Assembly: GCA_012295275.1 (NCBI GenBank) | Contig: CM022673.1 | Span: 3,410,001 to 3,474,000 of the forward strand | DNA: 64,000 bases | Direction: 5' to 3' | From: Chrysomallon squamiferum | Lineage: Eukaryota; Animalia; Mollusca | Shown here: in pieces, positions 44,101-59,100 of the stretch | How positions within the stretch are numbered: the stretch's first letter is position 1 | Layout: each line of letters starts with the position of its first letter | Notes under the pieces: model-generated | Told to the model about the DNA's origin: nothing | What the model saw: the letters and a program-made list of their open reading frames with translations, nothing else | Databases searched by the model: none | Program-made: the position numbers and the translations under genes

Positions 44101-47100
44101 TCTGTTGTTATTAGACTCTGTTAATAAAAAATAAAATAAAATAAAATAAGTAAATAACTAAATAAATAATAAAAAAATAAAATAAAAAAAATCGCTACTG
44201 AGAAGATTTGAAATTTTAATTAGAAAGATGGTGTATCTTTTTCTTGCTAAATCAAAGTCATATATTACAGAATATTTAAATAAATTAATTTTCTGCTACA
44301 AACTGGCTGTTTCATAATATCAGGTGTAAAATGAATGCATAGGCCCACAGTCCAGTTTTATTTAATTTACTAAATGTATTTGATTCAGTTCAAAGGGTGT
44401 ACTTGTTGTCAGGAAAAAATGATCCCAGGTTTGTTTACTTTATGGATGTCCTCTTTATTACAGGTATACATTGTGAAGGAGAAATAAATGAATGTGCTAG
44501 TAACCCATGTCAGAATAATGGTATTTGTCGTGATGCAACATTTGGATTTGTCTGTGATTGTCCTCCAGGCTTCACAGGCCTGCAGTGCCAAGTGGAAGAT
44601 ATTAAATGCCGAAGCAACCCTTGTAAAAATGGAGTACGTTCTTTCATCTACATCTACAATATGTACTTCAAGAATCTATTTTTATTTTTTAATTTACTTT
44701 TATGTTTAGAATAACAGAAGTTGACATCTTTGGAAATGTTTCATAACTAATAATTTTAGAAGAATATGGTCAAATGTTGCTTTAGCATATTAAAGAAAGA
44801 CTTGTATTTATTAATTTTCTTTTGCAGTAATAGTTTTTAAGAGCTAATTTTTTTGATTGTTTTTCATTTATAACTAGAAAGATCATAGTTTTTAAATGGA
44901 CTGGTTTAGAATTAGCTTTTATCAGCTGAATAATTTTAAACACTAATGTTTCCTTAGACAGTTTTGTTTTAATTTGTTTATGTTTTCATCATTATCACCA
45001 TTATAATAATTATTAAGAGACTATCATCATTATCATCATCATCGTCATTATTATTATTGCAGGGTAGTTGCTATAAGAAACAAAATGATGAAACTTGTAT
45101 ATGTAAGCCAGGTTGGACAGGTAGTTTATGTGAAGATGAGATAAATGAATGTGAAAGTGCCCCTTGCATCAATGCTGTTAAATGTATTGACAAATTTAAT
45201 GATTTTATCTGTCAATGTAGCCCTGGATTCACAGGTTAGTCTTATATAAACTTTGTGTAATTTATATATAATCAGCTTTTATAATGAAATAAAAAAAATC
45301 AGATAAAATAATAACCTTTTTTAAAAATGAAAAAGATTAATTATGTTATATTTTATTTATTTTTTATTATCTCTTCAAATGTAACATCAATTTTGAAACA
45401 AAAAATTAGAACAGCCATTTGTTGTAATAATATGTTATTGTTTGCAGTGTTACTGTATTAGTGTTATCATTCCTTATGGTTTCATTCTATAAGTTTCAGA
45501 TCCTTAGATAGGTACAGAAAATTGTGATCTTCATATTTCTGATTATACAAAATAATAATAAAGTTATCTAAAAGTTCTAAACCTGGTTCTGTTTGATTGA
45601 AAAATGACAACGTTCATAGAATGACAATGTCCAGTTTGTAAAATAAAGAAAATTACCATTGAAACACTGTATTTACATGTTCCTTTTTGTCCTAGACCAA
45701 CCTCTGTATGCCACTTATATAAGATTTAAATTCCAGGAAAGCGATGTAAAGTTAATATCAATGAATGCGAAAGTAATCCCTGTTTGAACGATGGTTTTTG
45801 TGAGGATCGCGCAAACTCATACGTGTGCCACTGCAAAGCAGGTGTGACTGGCAAACACTGTGAAAACAATTTTGATGACTGTGCCAAGCATCCATGCCTG
45901 AATGGAGGCACATGTCAAGATGGATACAATAATTTTAGTTGTGTCTGTGCCCCAGGATACTCAGGTGCTCATAAATGCAGCATTAATTCCTACAAATAGC
46001 ACAGCATTATTACTAACACCTTTTGATTTCTTGCAGTGCATTGATCACAAGATAGGAATGTGAAGGACTAACATCATTGCACCAAATTATTTTCTCACTG
46101 ATCTGTCAACTGCCTAAATTACTAACCTAATAAGTAGAATTGTTTATTATGGAAAAAAAACAACAACCAACCAACCAACAATCCTTTATCAGTATCCAAT
46201 CCATACAGATTTCATACAATTGTTTTATAGTTATCTGATATGTAGGGAATCTTTTTATTTACTCTTTAATTTGCACTTACACTTTACTTATGTTAAAACT
46301 GTAACTTTAACAGGCTATATAGGCAGAGCATTATGCATAGATAGAATGGTTAATCATTAAGAATGTCAAAAGTTTATTATTTTTAAAATGATTAAATTGT
46401 TTAATAATGTTGTAACCATCTCACAGTCTTTGTAACAGTTGTTATTTTTTTCTTTCCATTATTATTATTTTATTATTTTAAAGAAATCATTGTGATTTGT
46501 TTCATTTCCAAAAAGAAGATTTTACAATACAGGAATTAACTTAGAGGGATGTATTTTTCATTGATTGTATTGTACATTAAACCTTTTTTCATGATCTTTA
46601 CAGATTATAATATGTGTGCATGCTGACTTGATTATATTAACTGAAAAAATAAAGAATATCTGTCTTTTGCAGACTATAAATATTAATTACTGACCTGCAC
46701 AAAACTGTTTAATAACACCTTAGCTCTCTGTTTGATAAGATCACAGATAATAAAAATAATCAGATTTCTTTTACAATAATCATATTTCTCAAAGCTTATG
46801 AATTATACAAATGAAATGTAACACTATAAATATTATAATGCTAATTTTTCCAGTTTGTTTTTCCATAAAGCATTTTCTGTTGTTTGTAAAAAAATATTGT
46901 TAAATGTTTTTTTGGCATGGTTTAACAAAATAACTGATACAGTATTCTTCAATACATATATAAATTTGTATATTTAATTAAAACTAAAAGAGTCCTATTT
47001 GTTCTAGTGTTATGTTATTAATGAATTTCATTTACAATATTTAATTACATCTTGGATCTCTTTTCTAATTCATTTATTTTATTATCACAGGTCCAACATG

Positions 47101-50100
47101 CTCTGAAAGAGTCAGTCTGTGTGACAGTAATACATGTTACAATGGAGGGACATGTCTGGAGAATGGTAAAGCTTTCACTTGTTTGTGTCCTTTCGGATTT
47201 AAAGGCAGCCGTTGTGAACTGTCATCAGCACAGACACGGACAACTAAACACAAGACTATGTTAGGTAAGAGCACTGTTTCAGTTTACCATATCCTTAACA
47301 ATTCACGAAAAATTACTATGTCTTTTGCACCTACAGACAGTGTAAGCCAGGTTACTGAAGTAGTATCAGATTTAACAACTGATAAGATTCCAGCAGACAG
47401 GAGCAATGTAATTTCAAATGATGAACCTTTTGTTTTAGAAGAGACATCAAATTCATTTGTAAGTAACAATCACCTGTTAAATAAAACAAGAGAAATGGAT
47501 TCCACTACCAAAATAACATCAAACATGATCAAGAGTAAACCACTTCACACACAAACAACAACAGATGGACATAGTAATGAACAGTTATCTACACAAAAAA
47601 TAGAAACTAGAACAAATGAATTTCCCACAGATTTAAAAACAATATTTCAACCAACAACAAAACAAAGCTTAATTGAAACAACCCCATATTCACAAAGTAT
47701 GAGTGAATCAAAGCCAACCCCAAATACTGGGACTTACTTTTCTCACACCACCTCAGATAATATTACCCCTCTTCAAAGTAAAAATGCTGAAGAATTACTT
47801 TCAACACAAACATTCCAAACACAGAATGCACTTCCAACATTCCAATACTTTCTATCTCAAGTCACAACATTCCCAACTACTCAAATTAAAAAAACAACAC
47901 CAAGACAAGCTGAAAATGGCAGTAAACATGAATTTCAGATTCAGAATAGGATAGAAATGACAGAAAATAGCCAGATTAAAACAACAAAAATGTCTCCAGA
48001 AAATAAAGACATCAAAAACTCTTTCAGCTGTATCATTACCCTATGAAGAAATAACAAGGAAACGAACAGAATTACTAAAATACACTACAGAAAAGACATT
48101 AGAACACCCTACATACAAAAATCGCATTCAAGGTAAAATAACAAAAATCACACTCATACCACCAACATCTGAAAAGCCCACAGTTACTACACAATTCCAT
48201 ATAAAACAAGAAACAACAATACCTAGTTTCCTATCAGATCAAACAACTCACAAAATTTTAGAAATATCAACACTGGAAAGTAAATTAGCGTCTGCTATAA
48301 AAAGGAAATTTGAAGAATCATCTGCTAGCACATCAGAAACATTTTCTGACATGACTCATGCAATTACAACATCAAGAATGCAATCAAAATTTCAAACCAC
48401 ATCAGATATAACTAAAAAGGAATTTGAAAAATCATCTGCAATGACAACCGAAATTTTCCATGAAACAAGAAAAACAAGTCTAATGTCAACATCTGAAGAA
48501 GAGATTGAAAAATATTCTGGAAAAACAACAGACACATTCACTGATACAAGTGAAATGACTACAAGTGGCGAAACAACAGTGACAATTTCTGAATCACTAA
48601 CAGACACTACAGAAACGGCACCAGATGAGCTTACCTCTGGAGATCACACAGAAGGGGAATCTGTCACAGAGATATCTGAATCTCCTTCTCCGGAACCAAC
48701 TTACAAGAGTTTTGAAACTTCAACTGTGGAAATTAAATTGCCATCTGTATCAGATATGGCAACAAGAGAATTTGAAGAATCATCTGCCACCACATCTGAA
48801 ACCTTCTCTGGCATGACTGATACAATTTCTACATCAATAATGGAATCACAATTTCCAACCACCTCTGACATAGCTACAAAGGAATTTGAAGAATCATCTG
48901 GAATTACAACCGAAATTTTCCCTGAAACAGCCAAAACAAGTACAATGTCAACATCTGAAGAAGAGATTGAAAAATATTCTGGAAAAACAACAGACACATT
49001 CACTGATACAAGTGAAATGACTACAAGTGGCGAAACAACAGTGACAATTTCTGAATCAGTAACAGACACTACAGAAAGGGCACCAGATGAATTTACCTCT
49101 GGAGATCACACAGAAGGGGAAACTGTCACGGAGATATCTGAATCTCTTTCTTCGGAACCAACTGACAAGAGTTTTGAAACTTCAACTGTATCGGATATGG
49201 CAACAACGGGAATTGAAGAATCTTCTTCTACCACAATTGAAACATTCTCTGGCTCGAGTCATACAGTTATGACATCAAGAATGCAATCTACATTTCCAAC
49301 CATATCAGATATACCTACAGAGGAATTTGAAGAAACATCTGGAATGACAACTGAAATTTTCGCTGAAACAGCCAAATCAACTATAATGTCAACACTTGAG
49401 AAAGAGATTGAAGAATATTCTGGCAAAACAACAGATACATTCACTGATACTAGTGAAATGACTACGAGTGGTGAAACAACAGTGACAATTTCTGAATCAC
49501 TAACAGACACTACAGAAACGGCACCAGATGAGCTTACCTCTGGAGATCACACAGAAGGGGAATCTGTCACAGAGATATCTGAATCTCCTTCTCCGGAACC
49601 AACTTACAAGAGTTTTGAAACTTCAACTGTGGAAATTAAATTGCCATCTGTATCGGATATGGCAACAAGAGAATTTGAAGAATCATCTGCCACCACATCT
49701 GAAACCTTCTCTGGCATGACTGATACAATTTCTACATCAATAATGGAATCACAATTTCCAACCACCTCTGACATAGCTACAAAGGAATTTGAAGAATCAT
49801 CTGGAATTACAACCGAAATTTTCCCTGAAACAGCCAAAACAAGTACAATGTCAACATCTGAAGAAGAGATTGAAAAATATTCTGGAAAAACAACAGACAC
49901 ATTCACTGATACAAGTGAAATGATTAAAAGTGGCGAAACAACAGTGACAATTTCTGAATCAGTAACAGACACTACAGAAAGGGCACCAGATGAATTTTCC
50001 TCTGGAGATCACACAGAAGGGGAAACTGTCACAGAGATATCTGAATCTCTTTCTTCGAACCAACTGACAAGAGTTTTGAAACTTCAACTGTATCGGATAT

Positions 50101-53100
50101 GGCAACAACGGGAATTGAAGAATCTTCTTCTACCACAATTGAAACATTCTCTGGCTCGAGTCATACAGTTATGACATCAAGAATGCAATCTACATTTCCA
50201 ACCATATCAGATATACCTACAGAGGAATTTGAAGAAACATCTGGAATGACAACTGAAATTTTCGCTGAAACAGCCAAATCAACTATAATGTCAACACTTG
50301 AGAAAGAGATTGAAGAATATTCTGGCAAAACAACAGATACATTCACTGATACTAGTGAAATGACTACGAGTGGTGAAACAACAGTGACAATTTCTGAATC
50401 ACTAACAGACACTACAGAAACGGCACCAGATGAGCTTACCTCTGGAGATCACACAGAAGGGGAATCTGTCACAGAGATATCTGAATCTCCTTCTCCGGAA
50501 CCAACTTACAAGAGTTTTGAAACTTCAACTGTGGAAATTAAATTGCCATCTGTATCGGATATGGCAACAAGAGAATTTGAAGAATCATCTGCCACCACAT
50601 CTGAAACCTTCTCTGGCATGACTGATACAATTTCTACATCAATAATGGAATCACAATTTCCAACCACCTCTGACATAGCTACAAAGGAATTTGAAGAATC
50701 ATCTGGAATTACAACCGAAATTTTCCCTGAAACAGCCAAAACAAGTACAATGTCAACATCTGAAGAAGAGATTGAAAAATATTCTGAAAAACAACAGACA
50801 CATTCACTGATACAAGTGAAATGATTAAAAGTGGCGAAACAACAGTGACAATTTCTGAATCAGTAACAGACACTACAGAAAGGGCACCAGATGAATTTTC
50901 CTCTGGAGATCACACAGAAGGGGAAACTGTCACAGAGATATCTGAATCTCTTTCTTCGAACCAACTGACAAGAGTTTTGAAACTTCAACTGTATCGGATA
51001 TGGCAACAACGGGGAATTGAAGAATCTTCTTCTACCACAATTGAAACATTCTCTGGCTCGAGTCATACAGTTATGACATCAAGAATGCAATCTACATTTC
51101 CAACCATATCAGATATACCTACAGAGGAATTTGAAGAAACATCTGAATGACAACTGAAATTTTCGCTGAAACAGCCAAATCAACTATAATGTCAACACTT
51201 GAGAAAGAGATTGAAGAATATTCTGGCAAAACAACAGATACATTCACTGATACTAGTGAAATGACTACGAGTGGTGAAACAACAGTGACAATTTCTGAAT
51301 CACTAACAGACACTACAGAAACGGCACCAGATGAGCTTACCTCTGGAGATCACACAGAAGGGGAATCTGTCACAGAGATATCTGAATCTCCTTCTCCGAA
51401 CCAACTTACAAGAGTTTTGAAACTTCAACTGTGGAAATTAAATTGCCATCTGTATCGGATATGGCAACAAGAGAATTTGAAGAATCATCTGCCACCACAT
51501 CTGAAACCTTCTCTGGCATGACTGATACAATTTCTACATCAATAATGGAATCACAATTTCCAACCACCTCTGACATAGCTACAAAGGAATTTGAAGAATC
51601 ATCTGGAATTACAACCGAAATTTTCCCTGAAACAGCCAAAACAAGTACAATGTCAACATCTGAAGAAGAGATTGAAAAATATTCTGGAAAAACAACAGAC
51701 ACATTCACTGATACAAGTGAAATGATTAAAAGTGGCGAAACAACAGTGACAATTTCTGAATCAGTAACAGACACTACAGAAAGGGCACCAGATGAATTTT
51801 CCTCTGGAGATCACACAGAAGGGGAAACTGTCACAGAGATATCTGAATCTCTTTCTTCGGAACCAACTGACAAGAGTTTTGAAACTTCAACTGTATCGGA
51901 TATGGCAACAACGGGAATTGAAGAATCTTCTTCTACCACAATTGAAACATTCTCTGGCTCGAGTCATACAGTTATGACATCAAGAATGCAATCTACATTT
52001 CCAACCATATCAGATATACCTACAGAGGAATTTGAAGAAACATCTGGAATGACAACTGAAATTTTCGCTGAAACAGCCAAATCAACTATAATGTCAACAC
52101 TTGAGAAAGAGATTGAAGAATATTCTGGCAAAACAACAGATACATTCACTGATACTAGTGAAATGACTACGAGTGGTGAAACAACAGTGACAATTTCTGA
52201 ATCACTAACAGACACTACAGAAACGGCACCAGATGAGCTTACCTCTGGAGATCACACAGAAGGGGAATCTGTCACAGAGATATCTGAATCTCCTTCTCCG
52301 GAACCAACTTACAAGAAGTTTTGAAACTTCAACTGTGGAAATTAAATTGCCATCTGTATCGGATATGGCAACAAGAGAATTTGAAGAATCATCTGCCACC
52401 ACATCTGAAACCTTCTCTGGCATGACTGATACAATTTCTACATCAATAATGGAATCACAATTTCCAACCACCTCTGACATAGCTACAAAGGAATTTGAAG
52501 AATCATCTGGAATTACAACCGAAATTTTCCCTGAAACAGCCAAAACAAGTACAATGTCAACATCTGAAGAAGAGATTGAAAAATATTCTGGAAAAACAAC
52601 AGACACATTCACTGATACAAGTGAAATGATTAAAAGTGGCGAAACAACAGTGACAATTTCTGAATCAGTAACAGACACTACAGAAAGGGCACCAGATGAA
52701 TTTTCCTCTGGAGATCACACAGAAGGGGAAACTGTCACAGAGATATCTGAATCTCTTTCTTCGGAACCAACTGACAAGAGTTTTGAAACTTCAACTGTAT
52801 CGGATATATGCAACAACGGGAATTGAAGAATCTTCTTCTACCACAATTGAAACATTCTCTGGCTCGAGTCATACAGTTATGACATCAAGAATGCAATCTA
52901 CATTTCCAACCATATCAGATATACCTACAGAGGAATTTGAAGAAACATCTGGAATGACAACTGAAATTTTCGCTGAAACAGCCAAATCAACTATAATGTC
53001 AACACTTGAGAAAGAGATTGAAGAATATTCTGGCAAAACAACAGATACATTCACTGATACTAGTGAAATGACTACGAGTGGTGAAACAACAGTGACAATT

Positions 53101-56100
53101 TCTGAATCACTAACAGACACTACAGAAACGGCACCAGATGAGCTTACCTCTGGAGATCACACAGAAGGGGAATCTGTCACAGAGATATCTGAATCTCCTT
53201 CTCGGAACCAACTTACAAGAGTTTTGAAACTTCAACTGTGGAAATTAAATTGCCATCTGTATCGGATATGGCAACAAAGAGAATTTGAAGAATCATCTGC
53301 CACCACATCTCTGAAACCTTCTCTGGCATGACTGATACAATTTCTACATCAATAATGGAATCACAATTTCCAACCACCTCTGACATAGCTACAAAGGAAT
53401 TTGAAGAATCATCTGGAATTACAACCGAAATTTTCCCTGAAACAGCCAAAACAAGTACAATGTCAACATCTGAAGAAGAGATTGAAAAATATTCTGGAAA
53501 AACAACAGACACATTCACTGATACAAGTGAAATGATTAAAAGTGGCGAAACAACAGTGACAATTTCTGAATCAGTAACAGACACTACAGAAAGGGCACCA
53601 GATGAATTTTCCTCTGGAGATCACACAGAAGGGGAAACTGTCACAGAGATATCTGAATCTCTTTCTTCGGAACCAACTGACAAGAGTTTTGAAACTTCAA
53701 CTGTATCGGATATGGCAACAACGGAATTGAAGAATCTTCTTCTACCACAATTGAAACATTCTCTGGCTCGAGTCATACAGTTATGACATCAAGAATGCAA
53801 TCTACATTTCCAACCATATCAGATATACCTACAGAGGAATTTGAAGAAACATCTGGAATGACAACTGAAATTTTCGCTGAAACAGCCAAATCAACTATAA
53901 TGTCAACACTTGAGAAAGAGATTGAAGAATATTCTGGCAAAACAACAGATACATTCACTGATACTAGTGAAATGACTACGAGTGGTGAAACAACAGTGAC
54001 AATTTCTGAATCACTAACAGACACTACAGAAACGGCACCAGATGAGCTTACCTCTGGAGATCACACAGAAGGGGAATCTGTCACAGAGATATCTGAATCT
54101 CCTTCTCGGAACCAACTTACAAGAGTTTTGAAACTTCAACTGTGGAAATTAAATTGCCATCTGTATCGGATATGGCAACAAGAGAATTTGAAGAATCATC
54201 TGCCACCACATCTGAAACCTTCTCTGGCATGACTGATACAATTTCTACATCAATAATGGAATCACAATTTCCAACCACCTCTGACATAGCTACAAAGGAA
54301 TTTGAAGAATCATCTGGAATTACAACCGAAATTTTCCCTGAAACAGCCAAAACAAGTACAATGTCAACATCTGAAGAAGAGATTGAAAAATATTCTGGAA
54401 AAACAACAGACACATTCACTGATACAAGTGAAATGATTAAAAGTGGCGAAACAACAGTGACAATTTCTGAATCAGTAACAGACACTACAGAAAGGGCACC
54501 AGATGAATTTTCCTCTGGAGATCACACAGAAGGGGAAACTGTCACAGAGATATCTGAATCTCTTTCTTCGGAACCAACTGACAAGAGTTTTGAAACTTCA
54601 ACTGTATCGGATATGGCAACAACGGGAATTGAAGAATCTTCTTCTACCACAATTGAAACATTCTCTGGCTCGAGTCATACAGTTATGACATCAAGAATGC
54701 AATCTACATTTCCAACCATATCAGATATACCTACAGAGGAATTTGAAGAAACATCTGGAATGACAACTGAAATTTTCGCTGAAACAGCCAAATCAACTAT
54801 AATGTCAACACTTGAGAAAGAGATTGAAGAATATTCTGGCAAAACAACAGATACATTCACTGATACTAGTGAAATGACTACGAGTGGTGAAACAACAGTG
54901 ACAATTTCTGAATCACTAACAGACACTACAGAAACGGCACCAGATGAGCTTACCTCTGGAGATCACACAGAAGGGGAATCTGTCACAGAGATATCTGAAT
55001 CTCCTTCTTCGGAACCAACTTACAAGAGTTTTGAAACTTCAACTGTGGAAATTAAATTGCCATCTGTATCGGATATGGCAACAAGAGAATTTGAAGAATC
55101 ATCTGCCACCACATCTGAAACCTTCTCTGGCATGACTGATACAATTTCTACATCAATAATGGAATCACAATTTCCAACCACCTCTGACATAGCTACAAAG
55201 GAATTTGAAGAATCATCTGGAATTACAACCGAAATTTTCCTGAAACAGCCAAAACAAGTACAATGTCAACATCTGAAGAAGAGATTGAAAAATATTCTGG
55301 AAAAACAACAGACACATTCACTGATACAAGTGAAATGATTAAAAGTGGCGAAACAACAGTGACAATTTCTGAATCAGTAACAGACACTACAGAAAGGGCA
55401 CCAGATGAATTTTCCTCTGGAGATCACACAGAAGGGGAAACTGTCACAGAGATATCTGAATCTCTTTCTTGAACCAACTGACAAGAGTTTTGAAACTTCA
55501 ACTGTATCGGATATGGCAACAACGGGAATTGAAGAATCTTCTTCTACCACAATTGAAACATTCTCTGGCTCGAGTCATACAGTTATGACATCAAGAATGC
55601 AATCTACATTTCCAACCATATCAGATATACCTACAGAGGAATTTGAAGAAACATCTGGAATGACAACTGAAATTTTCGCTGAAACAGCCAAATCAACTAT
55701 AATGTCAACACTTGAGAAAGAGATTGAAGAATATTCTGGCAAAACAACAGATACATTCACTGATACTAGTGAAATGACTACAGTGAGTGGTGAAACAACA
55801 GTGACAATTTCTGAATCACTAACAGACACTACAGAAACGGCACCAGATGAGCTTACCTCTGGAGATCACACAGAAGGGGAATCTGTCACAGAGATATCTG
55901 AATCTCCTTCTTCGGAACCAACTTACAAGAGTTTTGAAACTTCAACTGTGGAAATTAAATTGCCATCTGTATCGGATATGGCAACAAGAGAATTTGAAGA
56001 ATCATCTGCCACCACATCTGAAACCTTCTCTGGCATGACTGATACAATTTCTACATCAATAATGGAATCACAATTTCCAACCACCTCTGACATAGCTACA

Positions 56101-59100
56101 AAGGAATTTGAAGAATCATCTGGAATTACAACCGAAATTTTCCCTGAAACAGCCAAAACAAGTACAATGTCAACATCTGAAGAAGAGATTGAAAAATATT
56201 CTGGAAAAACAACAGACACATTCACTGATACAAGTGAAATGATTAAAAGTGGCGAAACAACAGTGACAATTTCTGAATCAGTAACAGACACTACAGAAAG
56301 GGCACCAGATGAATTTTCCTCTGGAGATCACACAGAAGGGGAAACTGTCACAGAGATATCTGAATCTCTTTCTTCGGAACCAACTGACAAGAGTTTTGAA
56401 ACTTCAACTGTATCGGATATGGCAACAACGGGAATTGAAGAATCTTCTTCTACCACAATTGAAACATTCTCTGGCTCGAGTCATACAGTTATGACATCAA
56501 GAATGCAATCTACATTTCCAACCATATCAGATATACCTACAGAGGAATTTGAAGAAACATCTGGAATGACAACTGAAATTTTCGCTGAAACAGCCAAATC
56601 AACTATAATGTCAACACTTGAGAAAGAGATTGAAGAATATTCTGGCAAAACAACAGATACATTCACTGATACTAGTGAAATGACTACAGTGGTGAAACAA
56701 CAGTGACAATTTCTGAATCACTAACAGACACTACAGAAACGGCACCAGATGAGCTTACCTCTGGAGATCACACAGAAGGGGAATCTGTCACAGAGATATC
56801 TGAATCTCCTTCTCGGAACCAACTTACAAGAGTTTTGAAACTTCAACTGTGGAAATTAAATTGCCATCTGTATCGGATATGGCAACAAGAGAATTTGAAG
56901 AATCATCTGCCACCACATCTGAAACCTTCTCTGGCATGACTGATACAATTTCTACATCAATAATGGAATCACAATTTCCAACCACCTCTGACATAGCTAC
57001 AAAGGAATTTGAAGAATCATCTGGAATTACAACCGAAATTTTCCCTGAAACAGCCAAAACAAGTACAATGTCAACATCTGAAGAAGAGATTGAAAAATAT
57101 TCTGGAAAAACAACAGACACATTCACTGATACAAGTGAAATGATTAAAAGTGGCGAAACAACAGTGACAATTTCTGAATCAGTAACAGACACTACAGAAA
57201 GGGCACCAGATGAATTTTCCTCTGGAGATCACACAGAAGGGGAAACTGTCACAGAGATATCTGAATCTCTTTCTTCGGAACCAACTGACAAGAGTTTTGA
57301 AACTTCAACTGTATCGGATATGGCAACAACGGGAATTGAAGAATCTTCTTCTACCACAATTGAAACATTCTCTGGCTCGAGTCATACAGTTATGACATCA
57401 AGAATGCAATCTACATTTCCAACCATATCAGATATACCTACAGAGGAATTTGAAGAAACATCTGGAATGACAACTGAAATTTTCGCTGAAACAGCCAAAT
57501 CAACTATAATGTCAACACTTGAGAAAGAGATTGAAGAATATTCTGGCAAAACAACAGATACATTCACTGATACTAGTGAAATGACTACAGTGGTGAAACA
57601 ACAGTGACAATTTCTGAATCACTAACAGACACTACAGAAACGGCACCAGATGAGCTTACCTCTGGAGATCACACAGAAGGGGAATCTGTCACAGAGATAT
57701 CTGAATCTCCTTCTCGGAACCAACTTACAAGAGTTTTGAAACTTCAACTGTGGAAATTAAATTGCCATCTGTATCGGATATGGCAACAAGAGAATTTGAA
57801 GAATCATCTGCCACCACATCTGAAACCTTCTCTGGCATGACTGATACAATTTCTACATCAATAATGGAATCACAATTTCCAACCACCTCTGACATAGCTA
57901 CAAAGGAATTTGAAGAATCATCTGGAATTACAACCGAAATTTTCCCTGAAACAGCCAAAACAAGTACAATGTCAACATCTGAAGAAGAGATTGAAAAATA
58001 TTCTGGAAAAACAACAGACACATTCACTGATACAAGTGAAATGATTAAAAGTGGCGAAACAACAGTGACAATTTCTGAATCAGTAACAGACACTACAGAA
58101 AGGGCACCAGATGAATTTTCCTCTGGAGATCACACAGAAGGGGAAACTGTCACAGAGATATCTGAATCTCTTTCTTCGGAACCAACTGACAAGAGTTTTG
58201 AAACTTCAACTGTATCGGATATGGCAACAACGGAATTGAAGAATCTTCTTCTACCACAATTGAAACATTCTCTGGCTCGAGTCATACAGTTATGACATCA
58301 AGAATGCAATCTACATTTCCAACCATATCAGATATACCTACAGAGGAATTTGAAGAAACATCTGGAATGACAACTGAAATTTTCGCTGAAACAGCCAAAT
58401 CAACTATAATGTCAACACTTGAGAAAGAGATTGAAGAATATTCTGGCAAAACAACAGATACATTCACTGATACTAGTGAAATGACTACGAGTGGTGAAAC
58501 AACAGTGACAATTTCTGAATCACTAACAGACACTACAGAAACGGCACCAGATGAGCTTACCTCTGGAGATCACACAGAAGGGGAATCTGTCACAGAGATA
58601 TCTGAATCTCCTTCTCCGGAACCAACTTACAAGAGTTTTGAAACTTCAACTGTGGAAATTAAATTGCCATCTGTATCGGATATGGCAACAAGAGAATTTG
58701 AAGAATCATCTGCCACCACATCTGAAACCTTCTCTGGCATGACTGATACAATTTCTACATCAATAATGGAATCACAATTTCCAACCACCTCTGACATAGC
58801 TACAAAGGAATTTGAAGAATCATCTGGAATTACAACCAAAATTTTCCCTGAAACAGCCAAAATAAGTACAATGTCAACATCTGAAGAAGAGATTGAAAAA
58901 TATTCTGGAAAAACAACAGACACATTCACTGATACAAGTGAAATGACTACAAGTGGCGAAACAACAGTGACAATTTCTGAATCAGTAACAGACACTACAG
59001 AAAGGGCACCAGATGAATTTACCTCTGGAGATCACACAGAAGGGGAAACTGTCACAGAGATATCTGAATCTCTTTCTTCGGAACCAACTGACAAGAGTTT

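Noticed and set aside
43836-47264. EGF array as Notch receptor, fibropellin or crumbs
   Set aside because: Preceded by MNNL and DSL domains, only 7 EGFs, and no LNR, ankyrin or CUB domain.
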